From Catajapyx aquilonaris (Eukaryota): DNA of 28,766 nt. Where the stretch lies: assembly GCA_000934665.2 (NCBI GenBank), contig JYFJ02000277.1:124001-152766 (forward strand). The letters are read 5' to 3'. Shown here piece by piece: positions 1 through 8,964 of this stretch. The translations under genes were made by a program, and so were the position numbers. Within the stretch, counting starts at the first letter, position 1, and every line of letters starts with the position of its first letter. The notes beneath the pieces were generated by a model that worked only from the letters and a program-made list of their open reading frames with translations, did not search any database and was not told the origin of the DNA.

Positions 1-384
1 CGTATCCCATTATATCACTTCAGTTTGTAATTTCACTGCAATTTATTTTGTTGTGTTGTATATGCCATCAAAAAACATGTACCATTATGCTCCAAACCAC
101 CAAAGTTCATTTGTGAGCCTATATTAATTACTAATTATTATCACCCATGTATAAGTACAGCCGAGAATCAGCGCCTCAGTTGGAAAGGGGCAAGACTACC
201 CGTTTCTTTTTCTCATCTAGAGATGGCATCGGAGGAGCGCCTATAATGTAAGTGGATTACAAAAGGTCGTGACACTTCGTCACTTTGGCTGAGGAAGGAC
301 TCTCGTCCCTTTCCCCATCAAGACACTGGAGTAGCAGCATCTCAAGTCGTCCATCTCCGCCTAAAAATCCACCCCCCGAAAAAA

Positions 385-3300
385 ATGAGTTTCATATCGT
401 ACCCCAGCGATTCACACTTCCCCATCGAAAATCTGCCTTACGGAATATTTTCCACCAGGAATGACGTGAGTGACCCACTTTTTTTTCTGTACTGCATAAT
501 GTACCGCTACAGATCAACACTTGAATGAACAGGAAGAAGGATTTACAGCCTGTGAATATATCAGAAAGAGATAACCTTTGGGCGCCTCTTATCAAAGGCC
601 ATTAGTCAGATAAAATATGGGGAAGCAAAAATGTGATTACTTTTCGTTAACAATATTGACATGCATTCACAACCAATAGTTTTAAAACTGAAGCTATTTT
701 ACTGTACAGCTACAGTGTAATATTGCTTCCTTAATTAATTATCCGAATTCAGAGAGGTTGCTTAACGTAAACGCGCCCGATTAAATCCTTTAGTCAGCCT
801 CGATTAGCAAATTTAATCAACCATGCTAATACAAAGACGGCGATTAGCGCTAAACGCCCCCTAATCGCACTTGCTAGCACTTTTAAATTTGCTAATCGAG
901 GATGACTAAAGGATTTAATCGGGCGCGTTTACGTTAAACAACCTCTCTGAATTCGGCCCTAATTAATTAATTAACAAGTGAAAAATATTGGTAGAATATT
1001 TGCAACCAAAATGAGCCACTTTTTTTCCTTACTGATCTAAAAGTACTGTAAGCACCAATAATATTAATATGAGAGCCTAATACTAATAGTCATTATCATA
1101 ATCATAATTATTTCAGCCTAAACATCGCATAGGAGTAGCCATAGGCGATTACATATTGGATCTGAAAGAAGCCAAGTCCTACTTCACCGGCCCAGTTCTC
1201 TCAAAGTATCAACATGTTTTTGAACAGGTACAAGCATGAGTTATGCCTTAATCAACTGTTGGACTAATCAAAATTAATCCGACATAGTCAACTTTGAACG
1301 ACTTTATGTCATTGGGAAGAGCAGCATGGAAAGAGGCCCGATCTACCCTCCAAAAGATCCTGTCCGCCAACGAGAGCGTCTTGAGAGATAATGAGCAAAT
1401 GAGAAGCAGGTGAATTCACATATAAGTTTTTTTTAAATCAAATAATTTAAAAAAAAAATTATTTGAAACTACAGGGTGTTTGTGAAGCAGTCGGACGCTA
1501 CCATGCACCTTCCTGCAAATATTGGCGACTACACCGATTTCTACTCGTCTTTGGATCATGCCACCAACGTTGGAACCATGTTTCGAGGGAAGGACAATGC
1601 TCTCATGCCTAACTGGTACGCTTCAATTTGATGGATATTACGGTATTTTTTATCGTACGACATGACCAACTGATATCTAAATTTAGCTGTTCCTAAACTT
1701 CAGTAAGTAGGTCAAACGGTAACGGTTTTAGAGAGAACTGTTACTGATAGCTTCGATAAAATGCAGTCTACTGATTTACAACGTTTTGTCGGTATTGTAA
1801 GACCACAATGTGATTGAACCCAACACATTCCTCTTTAGGAAGTACCTCCCTGTGGGTTACCACGGTCGTTCGTCATCCGTCGTTGTGTCCGAGACTCCAG
1901 TCCGTCGTCCCAATGGACAGACCAGACCCTTCGAAGACGGACCTCCTTCTTTCGGACCATGCCGTCTCTTCGACTTTGAGTTGGAGATGGCCTTCTTCAT
2001 CGGGCCAGCATCCCAAATGGGGCAGCCCATCCCCATCCAAAAAGCGGAAGATCACATCTTCGGAATGGTCCTTATGAACGACTGGAGCGGTAAGGAAGTG
2101 TCTATCACCAAAATAAAAAAATTGTTGAAAAGTACCAACGATTTGCACCTATTATTTCAGCTCGTGATATCCAGAAGTGGGAGTACGTTCCTCTGGGTCC
2201 ATTCCTGGCCAAAAATCATGCCACGACCATCTCTCCCTGGGTGGTCACCATGGATGCCCTGGAGCCTTTCGCTGTCTCCAACTATCCTCAGGACCCGGAG
2301 CCTTTCCCTTACCTGAAGCACACAGACAATTACAACTTTGACATCAAGTTGGAAGTGGCCATCAAACGTACGTTATTGCAACACTGACTGTGACAAGTCC
2401 ATAACTTATCATTGGCTAGGCGTGACTCATCACCAACGTGCATGTATAGTAGGCACTACTACTTTCGCCCTGAGAGTGGCAGTAGGGTGCAGAGAGATGC
2501 GCCAACTATGGTATTATATCGTACTACGTCCAAGCAGGGAGCATATATACTACATAAGAGGCGCATTCATTCGATTTCCGCGCCTCTCTGTTTGGGGCCG
2601 TTGCCAAGGCTGGCGGCCATCTTGAGGTGTGGGGAACGCCAACGAGGTATAAATAGGGTACAGGCAAAAATAGGGTCCGCCATCTTTGATTCGCGCGTGT
2701 TCTTGCCGTGTAGTTGCCATGGCCGCCAAAACCACATCAAAGATGTCGGACCCTATTTTTGCCTGTACCCTATTTATACCTCGTTGGCGTTCCCCACACT
2801 TCCAGATGGCCGCCAGCCTTGGCAACGGCCCCAAACAGAGAGACGCGAACATCAAAGGCGCCGACAGAAGTTTGCGCCTCTTATGTAGTAGGCCTATATG
2901 CTCCCTGCTATAGGCGTGACTCTGTCCATATTTACACGCGTTGAGCCGTTGACTCATCACCAACGTGCAGTAGGCGCTACTACTTTCGCCCTGAGAGTGG
3001 CAGTAGTATGCAGAGAGATGCGCTAACTGTGGTATTAGTGACATATCGTACTATGTCCAAAGTGGGGGACCGGGCGGGGCAGTGTTGCCAAATTTCACAA
3101 CTATAGCGTCCTTGTATAATTATTTTTTGGACTATTGACTTGAGCAGTTTATTATATTATCAACGCCCATTTTGTTTTTAATTGCAGCTGAGACTGCGCC
3201 AGTTCCGACCACCGTTTGCAAATCCAATTTCCGTCACATGTACTGGACAATGAAGCAGCAGCTGGCTCACCATGCCATCACAGGGTGTAACATGAATCCT

Positions 3301-3808
3301 GGTGATCTGTTGGCTTCTGGAACCATTAGCGGACCTGTGAGATATACTAATTATATTCATAACTGCTAACAATTAATTTCAGTGTATTATCAGGATAACG
3401 AGCACTTTTGAGAGCTCATGAACTCACCCTGTCGACTTGTATGTAATGTAATAATTGTGCTGTGTTTTTTTTTTCACTCCTTAGACTCCTGATTCATACG
3501 GATCCATGCTGGAACTTTCATGGAAGGGAACCAAAGCAATTAACATGTCTGATGGCACAGTCCGTAAGTTCCTCAACGACGGTGACGAGGTCATTATCAC
3601 AGGTAATTATATACTAATAAGCATAACATACGCTTATATCACCAGTGTTCAAAAATAATGCTATTTATTGCCACTTGCTGTTTCTGAATTTTTATTAATG
3701 TAACCACTAATTTGATTAAATTATTCCGTAGGATACTGCCAAGGTAACGGACACAGGATTGGATTTGGAACTTGCAAGGGTAAGATCCTTCCTGCCTTGA
3801 ACATTTAA
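385..3808 (+). CDS. FAH: Fumarylacetoacetase, 9 exons, 418 aa
   Basis: Exons 385-465, 1117-1227, 1288-1409, 1475-1615, 1839-2089, 2161-2367, 3188-3336, 3485-3602, 3732-3808. All introns are GT-AG and the total is 1257 nt in frame. Peptides [81 protein letters not shown] and [17 protein letters not shown] at 3826 and 3836. Confidence 0.98.
743..959. mobile_element. MITE in FAH intron 1, probably PIF/Harbinger (Tourist)-like
   Basis: 74-bp inverted arms at 743-816 and 883-956 with 2 mismatches. The right end reads ...GAATTCGGCCC|TAA and both flanks are TTAA/TAA-rich. The left terminal GGG is missing. Confidence 0.8.
2413..2534 (+). repeat. Dispersed repeat family, copy A (3'-truncated)
   Basis: TGACTCATCACCAACGTGCA...CTACTACTTTCGCCCTGAGAGTGGCAGTAG...GCAGAGAGATGCGC...TATCGTACTACGTCCAA is nearly identical to 2951-3060. 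Confidence 0.9.
2533..2909. mobile_element. Fold-back (non-autonomous DNA transposon-like) element in FAH intron 6
   Basis: Outer arms 2533-2565 and 2873-2909 are identical except for a 4-nt GGCC indel. Inner arms 2579-2690 and 2736-2847 are 112 bp with 4 mismatches. No short TSD was seen. Confidence 0.85.
2911..3095 (+). repeat. Dispersed repeat family, copy B
   Basis: Starts TAGGCGTGACTC like copy A, shares its core, and ends GGACCGGGCGGGGCAGTGTTGCCAAATTT, similar to copies C-E. Confidence 0.9.
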
Positions 3809-4422
3809 TCGACATAATGCCTGGAAATAAAATGTAATAAAAGTGTATGAATTTAATTAATTAATCCTAGACCCCCAAAGTTGCAGAACCAGCAGGAAGC
3901 ATCGTTTTTTTGTAAAATAATGTAATTTATCTAAAACCTCATCGACGATATTTGGACACATTTTTTTCCCCGTTTATCTTCTGCCAGATAACCTTTTAAG
4001 AATAATTATGATTATTAAGTCGAGCGTTATCGAAATAATTAAGAAAAATGTACTGTAAATCCAATCCATATCAGGTCCAAATTTCGATCCGAACACCTCG
4101 AAAATAACTAATTTCAGTACGTCCGTACACTCTATAAATTTTCCTGAGATTGCTCAATATTTTCGCTAAAATTTAATCATTAAAATTTAGTTGCAAATCA
4201 CATTTTGCGGAGTGAATGACCCTTGAATGAACTTTATTTTTTTCAAACCAGATTGTATTCCCGCTCTAATTCTAATTAGAATGAATCTAGAATTTTACGC
4301 AATATTTATTTGATTAATTAGTTAAAATGTATACACTAGCGTAAATATGTTGTTTATAATATAAATCGTTCCACGCTTTTACGATCTGTTTTTAGGCAGC
4401 CTCCCGAACGGGCCCAAAAACA

Positions 4423-4438
4423 AAGATGGCTGCCATTT
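4423..4438 (+). promoter_or_regulatory. Back-to-back YY1/Pho-like sites at the 5' end of zinc-finger gene 1
   Basis: AAGATGGCTGCCATTT upstream of a likely 5'UTR intron (donor CAG|GTACGC at 4551, acceptor TTGCAG at 4680). Confidence 0.5.
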
Positions 4439-4688
4439 CCGTGTCGCTAAACGAGTTTAACCCGTGAAATTTTACAACTTTTTAAATTATCTGCTGGAGT
4501 TAAAGAAGAGGTCAGAGGTCAAACGGATCTGTCTCAGTGTGTTACATCAGGTACGCATAATTTTAGTCAGGTTTGTATCGGCATGTGGTCCAGGAATCAA
4601 AATTTGTAAAAAAAAAAAATCAAATTTAATTGTCCTCATGTTGCAAATATTAAAAGTCTGCAGGGCTGAATTTATTGCAGGAAAAAAT

Positions 4689-6236
4689 ATGTCTGGGATG
4701 CAATTGAAGCAAGACATGGAGGGAAGCGTAACTGTTGACGACGGATGGAAGGTGACGATAAAGGAGGAGCCGGCCGATCAATACATGGAGGAACATTACG
4801 ATGAGACGCAGAACGAGGAAGTGATGATCAAAGTGGAAAAAGACGATGATGGTGATCCTCTTGGAACACACACAGAAGAAATTGGTGACAATCCATTGAC
4901 GGGGAACGCAGCTAGTGGCGATGACAAAAAGCAAGAGTGTGCGACCAGACACAACATGCCATGCAAAATGGTGCAAGCGTCCATTAGGTCTCTGTTTATC
5001 TGCAGTACGTGTAGGACAGGGTATGCCTCTGAGCGGGCTTTGAAGGTCCACTTAAAGACTCATACCGAGGGGAAAGCGTCTGAACAACGTCCTGTCGCAC
5101 ACCCTGTCCGGACACTTCAAACCGGGCAAACGCAGCATGGCGGACAAGTTTTTTACCAGTGTAGCTCATGTACCATGCGGTTTCCAGGCAACGACCTGCT
5201 GATGACACACATGGCGACACATCTCACTAAGAATGTGAAGGAAGCACATGACACACATTATAAGAATTCAGAGCAAATTTGGGGCAAGCTCAAATGTGGA
5301 AGTTCAGCTAAAATTTTACCTTCAGGCGACGTGTGGTCAGCAAAAGTGGTCCGGCAAAGCTCTTTACAGAAGTCCAGAAATGTACCTACAATGTACGGAA
5401 AATCAAGTGAGTGTAGAAAGACTGAAATTGTGGACACTTCCGATGTGAGTAAGCCAACACGTGTGCAATTCGAACCGAGTGAGATGTATGTCGCTGGCTT
5501 TAACGAAGGAATGCCTGTTACCAAAACTATTCGTATGTATGCGTATGAGAATCTAAAGGCCGAATCTGTTGTTGATAAGATGAAGAATAGCGAAGATTGC
5601 AAACCAATTCATGTGAAATCTGAATGTAATGAGATGCAAGCCATTGATTTCGATGCAAACGTGCCACTTACTCAGAGCAATCCGTGTAATAATCTAGTTA
5701 ACGAAGAGTCCGTACATAATGGAAAGTGTGCCAGCCCCGATCGGAATCTACTTGCTGGTGCATCCGACCCACTTGATTCAAAATTACCAATCTACATGTC
5801 GGACGTAAAGCCTCACGTTAATGCCAGGTTGAACCCGAAGCAACCAAAGATCCACACAAACACGAAGCTGTACAAATGCGATTCGTGCATTAAAGTGTTT
5901 TCCACAGTGGACCGTTTGGAACGACATGCGAGTCATTTTCACACGAGCAAGGATCAAGTCAGGTGCAACATTTGTCACAAACCGTTCTACACCGTGCAGT
6001 ACCTGAAAATGCACATGAACGCACATGAGAGTTCAGCCACGTCGTTCGCCTGCAAGTCATGCCCGAAGGTATTTTCCGCCTATGGCGATCTGTCTCGTCA
6101 TGCTGTGGTCCACGCTGGAGAAATGCCATTTAGTTGCCGATTTTGCCTCCGACCGTTTTGTAGCAACTTTAGCCTGGAGCGACACTTGGAAGAATGCCGG
6201 CACCATCCACTGTCAAAAAATTCGCATTGTAAGTAA
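4689..6236 (+). CDS. C2H2 zinc-finger protein 1, about 515 aa, 6 fingers
   Basis: ATG at 4689 follows the acceptor at 4680, so the first 75 aa of the listed ORF are likely UTR/intron. Two isolated fingers and a C-terminal cluster of four (the last is C2HC). N-terminal IKEEP/IKVE motifs. AATAAA at 6309. Confidence 0.92.
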   Translation: MSGMQLKQDMEGSVTVDDGWKVTIKEEPADQYMEEHYDETQNEEVMIKVEKDDDGDPLGTHTEEIGDNPLTGNAASGDDKKQECATRHNMPCKMVQASIRSLFICSTCRTGYASERALKVHLKTHTEGKASEQRPVAHPVRTLQTGQTQHGGQVFYQCSSCTMRFPGNDLLMTHMATHLTKNVKEAHDTHYKNSEQIWGKLKCGSSAKILPSGDVWSAKVVRQSSLQKSRNVPTMYGKSSECRKTEIVDTSDVSKPTRVQFEPSEMYVAGFNEGMPVTKTIRMYAYENLKAESVVDKMKNSEDCKPIHVKSECNEMQAIDFDANVPLTQSNPCNNLVNEESVHNGKCASPDRNLLAGASDPLDSKLPIYMSDVKPHVNARLNPKQPKIHTNTKLYKCDSCIKVFSTVDRLERHASHFHTSKDQVRCNICHKPFYTVQYLKMHMNAHESSATSFACKSCPKVFSAYGDLSRHAVVHAGEMPFSCRFCLRPFCSNFSLERHLEECRHHPLSKNSHCK

Positions 6237-6500
6237 CCTCCCTGAAATTGTTTTATATCCCGATAAATTTCAGAACCATGTAATGAGTCATGATTGTACC
6301 AGACCACGAATAAAATATTCGGGGGGAAAAGTTACTTCCGAATCCACAAAGTGATAGATTTTATTTCAAAAGATTTCAAGACCTAGAGTTGACAATATTC
6401 TGCGGGTAAGCTACGAAAAATCAATGGAGTGTAACCCTTGCACTGTGCAACCATTTTTCGTTACAAAAAGTGACACATTTTATCACACTGACGTATGGAA

Positions 6501-8218
6501 TCACAATCCCTCCTGCTGCAGGGCTTGAACTTCCTTTTCAAGCTGAACGCAAGCTTGTTCGATCTCGTAGTTCTTGCTGACAAGCCCCACCCAAGAGGAC
6601 TCAAGTTGATGCAACTTGTCGCCCGCCTGCATCTGCATATTCTTGCGGACCCAGTTCGTCTCCTGGATCTCCTTCCTGGGAAGCAAGAAACGCCAATTAG
6701 TCGCGACTTCCAGCGGGAAAGAAAGAGTTGCAAATCCACTTACTTGACAGTGTGCAGCTGCTTCTGGGCATCTCCAACCATCTGGACCAAAACGTCCAGG
6801 TACGCTTTCCAGGCTTCACAACCGTAATCCATCATCAGCTCCAAATTTGCAATCCTACATCGTTAATGACGACACTTCAGCATTATTTGTATTTATTTTT
6901 ATTATTCACTATTATGTAAATTATTTTTAGGTGAATTTTTGTCCCACTGCTAGTTACTGCTAAGTTACTTAAGTAGCAGTGTGAAGAAAATTCTACCCAT
7001 TAATGTTTATTGTTATTTATTCACTATTTAATTCTTATTATTTTCTTATTTATTATTTTTATGATTCACTCTTTTGTTTTTGTTTATTGTGATTATCCAC
7101 CATTTGTTTTATTTCTATTTTGGTTGTTTATTATTTTGATTTTTATTGTTTATTTTATTTTGATTTTTATTGCTTTTATCAGTTATTTTATCACTGTTAT
7201 CTGCTTATTTTTATTTACGTTAATTATTATTTTTATTGTTTATTTTATTTTTTTGATTATTTTTATTGTTTATTGTATTTTTATTTTCGATTATTCACCA
7301 TTTCTTTTATTTTTATTTCTGTTGTTTATTTTTTAAAATTTTGATTACATTTCAGTTATTTTATTACTTCATCTATTTATTTTTATACGCGTATTATTTA
7401 TTTTTAGGCATTTATGATTTACTTTCATACATTTATGATGTTATGTACTTATGATTTTTTATTACTTTCATTGTTAATTTTTATACACATTCATATATTT
7501 TTATTACTTTTATTATTTATTTTTCATGTATTAGTTTTTATTTTACATTATTATTCATTTTTTATGTATTAGTTTTTATTTTACTTTATTATTTATTTTT
7601 CATGTATTAGTTTTTATTTTACTTCACTATTTATTGAACTGGAAACTAGTTGCATGACCTGGTTGCCTGATGCTCCAGTTGGGCCATGGAGTTTTCCACG
7701 CACTCGTTCCAGGCGGAGAGGTCGGTCATCTTTCCAGCTGGCGGAGGAGGCAACTCGTATCTCTTCATGCTCAAAACTTCCATCGGAAGACGCTGCTGCA
7801 GGCGGTCAAACTCTGCCCGCATTATCTCCGTCTGCAAGACAATGTTACAGGTCGTCATTACACCCCAAAAAAAACAACTATTCCCTGCACATTTCTGTAC
7901 AGAAAAACATTTCCACTCCGGAACAACGTCGTTGTCCGTCGCGGCAACGGATTCCAACTGACCTCGAAGGCGGTGAGGCTAAGAGGCGGCAGGGTGTCCA
8001 AGTAGTTCTTGGTCGGCCTGTACCTCCTCGTCTCCTCTTCAACCATGGCCATCGCCTGAAACAATCAAAATAAATTTAACATCTTTATTTCACCCAAAGA
8101 GAACACATTTTAGATTCCACTCCATGCAAAATGGGATGCGCACCGCTTCTCTGACTCCAGGCTCGTCGTACCCTTGATCTATGTAGGGCAAAGCGTCCAC
8201 CACAACTTCTCCTGCCAT
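6501..8218 (-). CDS. BCAS2: Pre-mRNA splicing factor SPF27/BCAS2, 5 exons, 208 aa
   Basis: Exons 8218-8144, 8055-7963, 7831-7659, 6854-6744, 6675-6501 (627 nt). Peptides [51 protein letters not shown] and [15 protein letters not shown]. Confidence 0.97.
6880..7635. repeat. T-rich low-complexity tract with local tandem duplications (BCAS2 intron 3)
   Basis: A 24-bp unit near 7131-7172, three ~38-bp units ATGTATTAGTTTTTATTTTAC at about 7520-7625, and a duplicated ~40-mer at 7091 and 7289. Confidence 0.9.
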
Positions 8219-8964
8219 CTTCGGTAATCAAAATCAAACCTACCACGTCTCAAACCTCTCAAAAAATTGATCGCGATTAACGAAAAAAATTCAACACAAA
8301 ACAGACGCCATTTTGATCGGGCTTTAAAAAGCACAGCAACTTACCAACTCTGTTACTTAAAAAAAGAACGGCTAATAAAAGTAACGGCTATAAATAATCA
8401 CGGATTTCCAGAATAAAACTGCGAAAATAATGATTTTCATGACTTTTTGCGTGCTAATATTCGCGTAATTAATCAGATATCAGCCCTAAGCTTAAGCTGC
8501 TGAATGTTGAACTCAATCCAGGGCTTTCATGGCTGCAGGTTGTCCGTTGCTGAGAATATTAAGACAGGGCAAAAAAAATAAATTGCAATTATTCTGCATT
8601 CCAATCACCGTTTTAATCATACTTGAGCACTCCGGTGTTCTCATTACACCATGAAACTTATTTACAGATGACAAGGTTTCTCGAAGCAGTAAACCATGAA
8701 CAACTTGACAGAAAAAGGAATGCTACACACCAACAACATTAACTATCAGATCATTTCGCACAATAGTTTGACATACACTTACAGCATACAACTATCGGCC
8801 TCGCAACGAACTACAACTATTCACATAACTGATGCCGGAATAACTTACGTCATGAGTCAAAATATGCTAACAACGCACAAGAGATATCGAGCCATATGTT
8901 TTCATATACAATCATTTTTATTTTTGTAATCTTTTTTTTTTGGTAAATTTTTGCATTTTTTTTA

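Noticed and set aside
158..316. Partial inverted matches upstream of FAH
   Set aside because: Short, mismatched and not colinear; cannot be distinguished from chance.
2412..3044. Two ~160-aa ORFs on opposite strands with near-identical peptides
   Set aside because: An artefact of the palindromic element inside FAH intron 6; no recognisable domain.
7010..7454. Very hydrophobic F/I/L/Y ORFs resembling membrane or mitochondrial proteins
   Set aside because: Translation of T-rich low-complexity intron sequence.
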